Shown here one piece after another: positions 25,288-32,000 of a DNA stretch of 32,000 nucleotides (within the stretch, counting starts at the first letter, position 1; every line of letters begins with the position of its first letter). The notes beneath the pieces are model-generated. The model made no database searches and was not told the DNA's origin. It saw nothing but the letters and a program-made list of their open reading frames with translations. The position numbers were made by a program, and so were the translations under genes. Source of the DNA: Acaryochloris marina MBIC11017 (GTDB taxonomy: Bacteria > Cyanobacteriota > Cyanobacteriia > Thermosynechococcales > Thermosynechococcaceae); contig NC_009926.1 of the NCBI RefSeq assembly GCF_000018105.1, positions 120,001-152,000 of the forward strand, written 5' to 3'.

Positions 25288-25924
25288 AGGTTGCCCCTCC
25301 TCGTTCATAGCGATGACGGTACATCAACTCCAACTGGCCCCCATACTCTTGAATAAAGGCCAGCTGGCGTTGATATAAACTGCGAAACATATTGGCAAAA
25401 ATTAGGGTTGAAATGGCGACAATCAATCCCGCAGCCGTTGAAATTAAGGCCGTACTTATTCCCCCGGTGACGCCTGCTGATTCACTACCGCCAATATTGC
25501 CCATGTCCAGTGAAGAAAAGGAGTTGATGAGTCCCAACACCGTTCCCAATAGTCCAAGCAAGGGCGCAATACTGATGACTGTATCGAACATCGTACTGAA
25601 TCGTCTCAGGGTGGGTAGTTCAGCTTGAGCTTCACTTTCCAACGCCAATCGGAACTCTTCTGGAGTCGGATTTTCTAAAGCCAGAGCAGCTAAAAAGATG
25701 CGAGCAATCGGAAACTTTGCCTGCTCTTGCAAGTAGCCCAAGGCTTCATAGACATTGTCTTGACGATAAAGTTTAAAAACCCGTCGAACGATGGGTAACT
25801 GATTGCGATTCAGTTTCGACCAGAAGATCAAGCGTTCGATGACGAGTGCAATCACAATGAGCGAAAACACCATCAGAGGGAGCATCACTACTCCCCCATC
25901 GGAAATTATTTGGCCTAACTGCAT
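25271..25924 (-). CDS. exbB: ExbB/TolQ/MotA proton-channel protein
   Basis: Three TM segments and the conserved APLLGLLGTVLGLINSF motif. Confidence 0.9.
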   Translation of the reverse strand: MQLGQIISDGGVVMLPLMVFSLIVIALVIERLIFWSKLNRNQLPIVRRVFKLYRQDNVYEALGYLQEQAKFPIARIFLAALALENPTPEEFRLALESEAQAELPTLRRFSTMFDTVISIAPLLGLLGTVLGLINSFSSLDMGNIGGSESAGVTGGISTALISTAAGLIVAISTLIFANMFRSLYQRQLAFIQEYGGQLELMYRHRYERGGATYASTR

Positions 25925-26041
25925 TTATGTCGCTCCAAGAATCACAGTGAAAAAGAAGGTCAAGTTAGGCTCTATCCAAAACCACAACCGAGAGACCACA
26001 CGTAGAGCGAACTCAGTATCAACGAACTTGAATAGAGACAA

Positions 26042-26071
26042 CGCTGACAGCAATTTCCCCCACTGTCAGCG
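26042..26071. promoter_or_regulatory. inverted repeat CGCTGACAG-N12-CTGTCAGCG upstream of exbB
   Basis: Perfect 9-bp arms, read directly. Lies 118-147 nt upstream of the exbB ATG in the exbB / tonB-like divergent region. Confidence 0.3.
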
Positions 26072-26345
26072 ACACAACCCAAGAGTTACCGAAACCTCGG
26101 TACGATAAGCCATAATCGAGACCGTATCTCTTAATAGAATCCATTGTCAAGTAATAAGAATGTATAAACCTATACCAAAACATTTTTAATGAGATCAACA
26201 ATCTCCTAAAAATACAAAAATATAGGTCATTAAAGCCTAAAAATGCTTGAATTTAGTCAGGCCAATTTCTGCTTATATGCTCAGTACGCTTTCATCAAAC
26301 AAAATTATTGTGTATGGTTTAAAACAATCAATTCTCAGTAAGTGA

Positions 26346-27875
26346 ATGAGTTTTAACCCCTTCTCCAACTCTCAGCGAGCGCAAGAAGAGCATCTAGTAC
26401 GTACGATTTTGGCGTTCACGTTGCCGGGCTCTCTGGTTCTCCACTCGTTATTCTTTGGCATTAGTGTGGGGATTCCCTCTGCAGAGGAAGTCGATCTGTC
26501 TGAAGATGCCATTGAAATTGCGGTGGTGGATGCCCCTGAAGAGGAGATTGAGGAGATTGAAGAAGACGATCCCATTCCCTTAGAAGAAATAGAACCTGAA
26601 CCGCTGGAAGAGCTGGAAGAACCAGACATCACTGAGTTTGTGGAAGATATACCAGAACCTGTCGCGGTCAACCCAGTTCCTGAACCTGAGGATATTCCCG
26701 AGGAAACTGAGCCGACTGAACCCGCTGAGGAAGCAGAGCCCAGTGCTTCCAGTGAAGAAGAATCTTCCGAGGAGCAGTCTGAGTCTTCTGAAACACCGGT
26801 GAAGACAGGGGATGATCAACCCATTGCCTCCTCCAACAAATCAAAGACAACGAAATCCTCAACCGCTAAGAAGCCAGGAAAGTCTAAGGCCAAAACGACT
26901 TCACCTAAACGCAAACCCTCAAAAAAACAGCAAAAGACAGCGGTCAATACTCAACCCAAGCCTCCCCAAAAGCCCAAGAAATCTAACCAACGAGGACGCT
27001 CCAGGCTGGGAATTGGCTACAGAAAGGATGCCAATTCCAAAACGACAGCAGGTTTAGCCGAACGGTTTATCCCCGTTTACGAAGAAGGCAAGCTGGTTGA
27101 CCTGAAGCTAGAGCGGTCAACGGGTGATCCTGCCCTGGATAAAGCCATTGAAAAAGACAAGCAGAAATTTTTTAAGCAGGTTAAAAAGCAGCTTAAGTCT
27201 GTTCCAGAAGGTAGACGCAGCAAACCCATCAAAATCCGATTTGAATCGAATGATCTCACGGCTAAAGAGCGGGAACAAGCGCGGAAGAATCGGGCACTTT
27301 CTCAGCAACGCGCACAGGAACGGGCAGCCGCTAGAGCCCGTCGAGCTAGGCAAAAACCTGCACCAGCACCCGCTCCGGCACCCGCTTCACAGCCCGCTCC
27401 AGCTCCGCTTCCTGCATCTACTCCAGCTCCCGTGAGACAGGTCGATGCACCTGTTGCTTCTCCTAGCACACCAACGCCAGCCCCGGCTCCAGTCCCTTCA
27501 TCAACTCCAGCGCCTGCACCTGCTCCAGCTCCAGCGCCTGCACCTGCTCCAGCTCCAGCTCCAGCTCCAGCGCCTGCACCTGCTCCAGCTCCAGCTCCAG
27601 CGCCTGCACCTGCTCCAGCTCCAGCTCCGGCTCCAATCCCTTCATCAGCTCCAGCGCCAGCTCCAGCTCCAGCGCCTGCACCTGCTCCAGCTCCAGCTCC
27701 AGCTCCAGCGCCTGTTTACGTACCTCCGCCAGCTCCGGCTCCGGCTCCAGCACCTGTTTACGTACCCCCACCAGCTCCTGCGCCCGCGCCTGCCCCCGCT
27801 TATGTTCCTCCCCCAGCTCCAGCGCCTGCTCCAGCACCCCCGCCCCCAATGGCTCCTCCACCAACCTTGGAATAA
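26346..27875 (+). CDS. TonB-like protein with long C-terminal (Ala-Pro)n tract (509 aa)
   Basis: N-terminal TM anchor (ILAFTLPGSLVLHSLFFGISVGI), then an acidic Glu/Pro-rich segment and a basic Lys/Pro-rich segment. A weak TonB_C-like stretch follows (EEGKLVDLKLERSTGDPALDKAIEK...PIKIRFES). Divergent from exbBD. The TonB_C assignment is by eye only. Confidence 0.6.
   Translation: MSFNPFSNSQRAQEEHLVRTILAFTLPGSLVLHSLFFGISVGIPSAEEVDLSEDAIEIAVVDAPEEEIEEIEEDDPIPLEEIEPEPLEELEEPDITEFVEDIPEPVAVNPVPEPEDIPEETEPTEPAEEAEPSASSEEESSEEQSESSETPVKTGDDQPIASSNKSKTTKSSTAKKPGKSKAKTTSPKRKPSKKQQKTAVNTQPKPPQKPKKSNQRGRSRLGIGYRKDANSKTTAGLAERFIPVYEEGKLVDLKLERSTGDPALDKAIEKDKQKFFKQVKKQLKSVPEGRRSKPIKIRFESNDLTAKEREQARKNRALSQQRAQERAAARARRARQKPAPAPAPAPASQPAPAPLPASTPAPVRQVDAPVASPSTPTPAPAPVPSSTPAPAPAPAPAPAPAPAPAPAPAPAPAPAPAPAPAPAPAPAPAPIPSSAPAPAPAPAPAPAPAPAPAPAPVYVPPPAPAPAPAPVYVPPPAPAPAPAPAYVPPPAPAPAPAPPPPMAPPPTLE
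27507..27704 (+). repeat. in-frame hexanucleotide/24-nt tandem repeat encoding (AP)n
   Basis: The 24-nt core CCAGCGCCTGCACCTGCTCCAGCT occurs exactly at 27507, 27531, 27567, 27597 and 27669. The cores are followed by variable numbers (0, 2, 1, ..., 2) of CCAGCT units. Confidence 0.9.
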
Positions 27876-27969
27876 AGACACCTCTTAGCACAGAACGCTT
27901 AATGCATCTCGTTCAACGGAGGGTTTAGGAAGCAGGGCCTACACTTTGGCGTGGGTCTTCCATTTCAGG

Positions 27970-27982
27970 GCAATTCAATTGC
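27970..27982. promoter_or_regulatory. palindrome GCAATT-C-AATTGC next to a TATATA element
   Basis: Perfect 6-1-6 palindrome followed by aatatataaag. ~85 nt upstream of the MFS ATG at 28068. Confidence 0.2.
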
Positions 27983-28067
27983 AATATATAAAGATGGACG
28001 GAGTTGTTCTTTTCTCGATGAAAAGGACTGCACCATCTCTCGTTCAAGCAGCGTTCACTTTTTGGCT

Positions 28068-29390
28068 ATGACTCGACTGCCCCGATGGTTGCAAGGACTG
28101 GAAAATCCGATATTCGCCAGACTCTATCTTGCACAGACCATCAATCTGATGGGGGATGCCCTCACCTGGTTGGGCTTGGCCCTCTTAGCATTTGAACTAG
28201 CTGGAGAACAGTCAGGCACCATTCTGGCTGGGGCATTAACGTTGCGAGTCACAGCATTTGTGCTGCTGTCACCCATTGCGGGCGTTATCGCAGATCGCAT
28301 GGATCGTAAGCGCTTGATGGTCGCCAATCATCTCCTGCGCATGGGCATTGTTTGTCTGTTGCCTTGGGTCACGCAGATTTGGCAAATTTATGCCATTGTC
28401 TTGGCCCTCAACATCTTCTATGCCATCTTCACCCCCACTTACACCGCCACCATTCCCCTGATCACCACTGAACAGCAGCGTCCTCAAGCCATTGCCCTAT
28501 CCAGTGCCACGAGCCAGCTATTGGGAGTCTTAGGTCCGGGTATCGCTGGCAGTATCGCCGCCTGGGTTGGCACCCGACAGGTCTTTTTCTTAGACAGCAT
28601 CACCTTTCTTCTAGCAGCGATACTGATCATCACCCTACCTGGACGAATGGTGGTCAACACTCAGCCATCGACTCAAACCCCTTCTAGAATTTGGCAGGAC
28701 ATGCAAACGGGATTGGCCTGTCTGTGGTTGGATCCATTGATTCGATATGCGCTAGCTCTACAATTTATTGCTGCGATCGCAGGGGCGCAAATTCTGGTGA
28801 ATACGGTCGGTTATGTTCAAAGCACCTTGCAGCTGGGTAAAACAGAATATGGATGGGCGATGGCTGCTTTGGGCATGGGGGCAACCCTAGCATCGATTGG
28901 TTTAGGACATTTCAGGAATAAATATCATCCCATTAGCCTCATCACCCTGGGGACTCTGTTGATTGTCTTAGCGCTCTTACCTGCTCACGAAGTGTTACTT
29001 GGTGGATTATTGTTGCTTTGGGGCATTGCCGGTATCGGCCAAACCCTAGTCAATGTCACTACACAAACCGTTATTGCTGACCGAGTTGCGGTGGAGGTGC
29101 AAGGCCGCGTGTATGGAGCACATTTCGCGTTAAGCCATTTGTGGTGGGCTTTTGCCTATCCAGTTGCAGGTTGGATGGGCAGCTCTCTTTCGACCTATTT
29201 TTTCTACAGCAGCCTGTTCGGTTTAGCGCTTTTCGGTGTAATGTTCGCCATATTTCGCCCCCATCAATTAATGCAACTTAAGCGAGGGTTATGGCATGAG
29301 CATGACCATGACCATAGTGACCCCTCCCATCACCACCATGGGCACTTAGCTATGCAACACACCCACCTTCATTTCCATCCCGCGCCCTAA
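28068..29390 (+). CDS. MFS_3/EntS-like transporter with His-rich C-terminal tail
   Basis: FARLYLAQTINLMGDALTWLGLALLAFEL...IAGVIADRMDRKRL, 12-TM profile. The tail is HEHDHDHSDPSHHHHGHLAMQHTHLHFHPAP. The track start at 27951 is GTG with a non-membrane leader, so the ATG at 28068 is preferred. Confidence 0.8.
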   Translation: MTRLPRWLQGLENPIFARLYLAQTINLMGDALTWLGLALLAFELAGEQSGTILAGALTLRVTAFVLLSPIAGVIADRMDRKRLMVANHLLRMGIVCLLPWVTQIWQIYAIVLALNIFYAIFTPTYTATIPLITTEQQRPQAIALSSATSQLLGVLGPGIAGSIAAWVGTRQVFFLDSITFLLAAILIITLPGRMVVNTQPSTQTPSRIWQDMQTGLACLWLDPLIRYALALQFIAAIAGAQILVNTVGYVQSTLQLGKTEYGWAMAALGMGATLASIGLGHFRNKYHPISLITLGTLLIVLALLPAHEVLLGGLLLLWGIAGIGQTLVNVTTQTVIADRVAVEVQGRVYGAHFALSHLWWAFAYPVAGWMGSSLSTYFFYSSLFGLALFGVMFAIFRPHQLMQLKRGLWHEHDHDHSDPSHHHHGHLAMQHTHLHFHPAP

Positions 29391-29739
29391 TTGAAGCGAT
29401 TTAACCCTACAACTGAGGACTAAAGCGAATGAGACAAGTCAGGTGTGAGTATCAGCCTTCTTGTCATTGGTCCTCTATTTTGCGATGGATTAGCTGAGTC
29501 GTTAACGGCGCATGCAAAATAATCTACCTACAAAAATAAGAATATTTTCATTAAGAGGCTAGGCAAAAGACATTAGGATTTCTATATCCTGAAAATTGAA
29601 TTTGCCAGATATGGCTTTGATAATGGGCTTTTTAAACTTGTTTAGCTAGAGAGGCTACAGGTATTAATCTTGATAGTTTATACAAAGTATTCTTAATAGG
29701 CTTGTAAAACTCCTTTGTGCTGCTTTAGCTTAAGACACC

Positions 29740-30735
29740 ATGCAAGTTCATCTGACTGCTCCTAACTTCTGCGATTTAGTCCAAAATGTGGCTCAACAAG
29801 TTAAAGCCGATCTGCAGGAGACTGAGCTACTGCAACAGTTTCAGTTTCCTGTTGAGTTTGGTCAAGGCTGGGTCCAACGTCTCAACATTCGTCCCGGTGT
29901 AACCTTAACCCTGGAACGAATGACCTTATTTGAACCGCTGACTATCTTGGCGAGCCAGGGGATGTCGACCTCTACGCTTGATATTTGCTTTTGCCTCTCT
30001 GGTCAAGTGCAGGGCAGTCATTGGGATAGTCACCAAACCACAACTCTCAGTGCCAATCGGGGATGTTTAGGATTTAGTCCCGAAATTCGGGGTTGTCTAG
30101 AATATGCGTCGGCTGAGCCCGTTCAATTGGTCAATATTGGGATTGATATCCATGAATTGGCTAGTGTTTTACATCACCCCGTTGAGATGCTGCCCTTGGC
30201 GTTGCAGCACAGTCTGTTGGGGAACTCTCAGTGTCCCTATATCCAGCACTTCACCACGACGACCGCCTCACAAGTTGCCCTACAGCAGATTCTGAATTGT
30301 CCCTACAATGGGTTGCCCCGTCGGCTCTATCTCGAAAGCCGGGTGATTGAGTTGCTAGCCCATCTGTTGCAGTCTCTCTCTCCGTCAACCGCGAGTTCCT
30401 CCAAGCTGAGCCCCGATGATATTGAACGGATTTATGCTGCTAGTGAGATTCTCAAGCATCAGTTAGAGCATCCCCCGTCTCTTCTCCAGCTTGCTCATCA
30501 AGTGGGGCTGAATGATTACAAACTGAAGTTAGGCTTTCGGGAAGTGTTCGATACGACCGCTTTTGGCTATCTCTGGTCTGTGCGTATGCAAGAAGCTGCC
30601 TTGCTGCTCAAGCGCAATCGCATGGGGGTTACCGAAGTCGCTCTCTCAGTGGGATATTCCAGCGCTACTTCCTTCAGTGCTGCCTTCAAACGAAAATTTG
30701 GCACCTCTCCCCAAAAATATCGACAACATTGCTGA
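29740..30735 (+). CDS. AraC/XylS family regulator (PchR-like), paralog of 20959-21945
   Basis: C-terminal double HTH (LAHQVGLNDYKLKLGFREVFDTTAFGYL...VGYSSATSFSAAFKRKFGTSP). Shares the QQILNCPY...RRLYLES block with the other AraC. Confidence 0.88.
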   Translation: MQVHLTAPNFCDLVQNVAQQVKADLQETELLQQFQFPVEFGQGWVQRLNIRPGVTLTLERMTLFEPLTILASQGMSTSTLDICFCLSGQVQGSHWDSHQTTTLSANRGCLGFSPEIRGCLEYASAEPVQLVNIGIDIHELASVLHHPVEMLPLALQHSLLGNSQCPYIQHFTTTTASQVALQQILNCPYNGLPRRLYLESRVIELLAHLLQSLSPSTASSSKLSPDDIERIYAASEILKHQLEHPPSLLQLAHQVGLNDYKLKLGFREVFDTTAFGYLWSVRMQEAALLLKRNRMGVTEVALSVGYSSATSFSAAFKRKFGTSPQKYRQHC

Positions 30736-30740
30736 GGTTT

Positions 30741-30771
30741 AAATCCGTTTGAGAGAAACAAAAATCCGTTT
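30741..30771 (+). promoter_or_regulatory. perfect 10-bp direct repeat AAATCCGTTT x2, 21-bp phasing (candidate AraC-type operator)
   Basis: Copies at 30741-30750 and 30762-30771. The extended units are AAATCCGTTTGAGAG and AAATCCGTTTCAAAG. Lies between the AraC stop (30735) and the Fur-like box. Confidence 0.4.
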
Positions 30772-30823
30772 CAAAGAGGACGGTACCCAGCATTCATGGG
30801 TATCGTGGCCCTCAGTCTAACTT

Positions 30824-30842
30824 GAGAATGATTCTTATTCTC
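30824..30842. promoter_or_regulatory. Fur box GAGAATGATTCTTATTCTC
   Basis: About 14/19 matches to GATAATGATAATCATTATC. The outer arms GAGAAT/ATTCTC form an inverted repeat. Ends 20 nt upstream of the receptor ATG. Confidence 0.55.
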
Positions 30843-30861
30843 TGGATTTGAGGTGGCACCT

Positions 30862-32000
30862 ATGAAACGGATCCCTTGGCATGGGCTGGCAGGGATGGCA
30901 GGGATGGTTCTACTGCTGCAACCTGCCCAAGCAGCAGAACAGAGTGAAACAGAAACGCTCGAAATAGTCCCCCACCCGCCTAGCATATCCAGGTCCCCCA
31001 CCCTGCCGTTCCCCGCCGCTGCAGTCCCGATGATGGATCAACAGTCATCGCTGAAGGATCGGTTGGCTGCGGAACCGGACCCAGAGATTGCATCTACCGT
31101 CCAAATCACGGGGGTGGAGCTAGTGCCCACAGAAACGGGCCTCACCGTTAACCTGATTGGGGATACTCCGGCTGTGAGCGCTCCGACCGTTACCACCCAA
31201 GACCAAACGCTCACAGCCATCCTCGATAACACCGCTTTAGCTCTACCCGAAGGGAACAGCTTTGTCTCGGCGGATCCAGTCCCAGGCATTCGGCAAGTTT
31301 CTGTAACAGCGATCAGTGATCACCAAGTTCAAATCCAAATCATGGGGACCACGGCCCCTCCCACCGCCACCGTTATCACAACCGAGACCCAACTGGCACT
31401 TCAGGTCACTTCTGGTGAGGCGAATTCTCCAGAGAATGCAGATGCTTCAGAAAATGCAGATACTTCAGAGGACACAGAATTAGAAATTACGGTCACCGCT
31501 CAAAGACGTGAAGAAAACCCCCAAGATGTCCCGATTAGCCTGACGGTGCTGACAGAACCAGAAATCGAAGATGCAGATGTCACCTCCTTTGAGAAAGTGG
31601 CGGGTAATACCCCCAACTTTAATTGGTTCTCCCCCACAGACAGTCGCAGTTTCTCTTTCTACAGTGTTCGTGGATTGTCAAACTTTAACTTTGCTTCGCG
31701 AGATTCAGTGGGCTTCTTTGTGGATGATGTGCCCCTGGACTATGGTGGCACCCTGGAGAGTGACTTTCCTGACCTAGAGCGGGTTGAGATTTTGCGTGGC
31801 CCCCAGAATACGCTGTATGGGCGCAGTGCTCAGGCGGGGGTCGTTAACTTGATTACCCGCAAACCCACAAATGACTTTGAAGGCAATGCTGCCCTGAGTT
31901 TTGGTAGTGAGAATAACTTAAACCTGCGCGCCGGTATCAGTGGTCCACTGATTGAGGATGCACTGTTCTTTCGACTGGCAGGAACCTTTGGGCGACGAGA
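30862..32000 (+). CDS. TonB-dependent receptor with N-terminal AMIN-like domain, 3' end outside the window
   Basis: Not in the ORF track because it runs off the window. I translated it by eye from the ATG at 30862 with no stop through 31998. It has a signal peptide (MKRIPWHGLAGMAGMVLLLQPAQA) and an AMIN-like segment (VQITGVELVPTETGLTV...VQIQIMG). The plug domain reads EITVTAQRREENPQDVPISLTVL...VEILRGPQNTLYGRSAQAGVVNLITRKP. SD GAGGTGG upstream. Confidence 0.9.
   Translation, partial: MKRIPWHGLAGMAGMVLLLQPAQAAEQSETETLEIVPHPPSISRSPTLPFPAAAVPMMDQQSSLKDRLAAEPDPEIASTVQITGVELVPTETGLTVNLIGDTPAVSAPTVTTQDQTLTAILDNTALALPEGNSFVSADPVPGIRQVSVTAISDHQVQIQIMGTTAPPTATVITTETQLALQVTSGEANSPENADASENADTSEDTELEITVTAQRREENPQDVPISLTVLTEPEIEDADVTSFEKVAGNTPNFNWFSPTDSRSFSFYSVRGLSNFNFASRDSVGFFVDDVPLDYGGTLESDFPDLERVEILRGPQNTLYGRSAQAGVVNLITRKPTNDFEGNAALSFGSENNLNLRAGISGPLIEDALFFRLAGTFGRR

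Noticed and set aside
26321-26337. Fur-like sequence AAAACAATCAATTCTCA just upstream of the tonB-like gene
   Set aside because: It matches the Fur consensus only through the GAGAAT-like end. No register gave more than about half the positions, which is too weak to call.
27354-27872. Possible CRISPR array or non-coding tandem repeat
   Set aside because: The units are 6-24 nt with no unique spacers. The period is a multiple of 3 and lies inside a long ORF. It is a coding low-complexity tract, not CRISPR.
27445-27891. Long ORFs in other frames or on the opposite strand of the Ala-Pro tract (27445-27888 +, 27463-27891 -, 27645-27881 -), with LQLQ/LELE/WSWS periodic proteins
   Set aside because: They are arithmetic by-products of the GCNCCN hexanucleotide repeat, since any frame of such a repeat is open. 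The frame starting at 26346 is the only one continuous with a real N-terminal TM and charged-linker architecture.

Overview
The window looks like cyanobacterial DNA. I found five perfect HIP1 octamers (GCGATCGC), a PTOX-type oxidase, and TonB-dependent receptors with N-terminal AMIN-like domains. I saw no rRNA, tRNA, CRISPR array, transposase or integrase.

The left ~6 kb carries a minus-strand operon: quinol-type nitric-oxide reductase (norB), plastoquinol/alternative oxidase (PTOX), and a CopD-like membrane protein. Divergent from it is a cysteine-free Crp/Fnr-family regulator. A perfect FNR-type palindrome, TTGAC-TTAA-GTCAA, sits in the shared promoter. Next to it is a CDF metal-efflux gene broken into three reading-frame pieces.

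From ~6.3 kb to the end the window is one dense iron-homeostasis island:
- tandem-domain feoA, feoB, a feoC-like gene and an HMA CxxC protein
- dps
- two unknown small genes
- the fetAB-type iron exporter
- a decayed ABC fragment
- an operon of TonB-dependent receptor, periplasmic binding protein and EntS-like MFS
- a sucrase/ferredoxin-like (Apd1/Aim32-type CX8C...HXGGH) protein
- exbB-exbD-permease-permease-ATPase-AraC, where the last four genes are joined by ATGA overlaps
- a TonB-like protein ending in a long (Ala-Pro)n tract encoded by a hexanucleotide repeat
- a second MFS with a His-rich tail
- a second AraC regulator
- a second, 3'-truncated TonB-dependent receptor

The most interesting non-coding signals are regulatory:
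- A 33-bp element is conserved 28/33 between two promoters. It contains 21-23 bp phased RATCC-led direct repeats and lies upstream of Fur-like boxes.
- A perfect 10-bp direct repeat with 21-bp phasing, plus a palindromic Fur-like box, lies upstream of the second receptor.
- Two perfect FNR-type boxes are present.
- Four phased GTTCAA hexamers lie in the dps divergent promoter.

All functional calls rest on motif recognition by eye. No searches were run.
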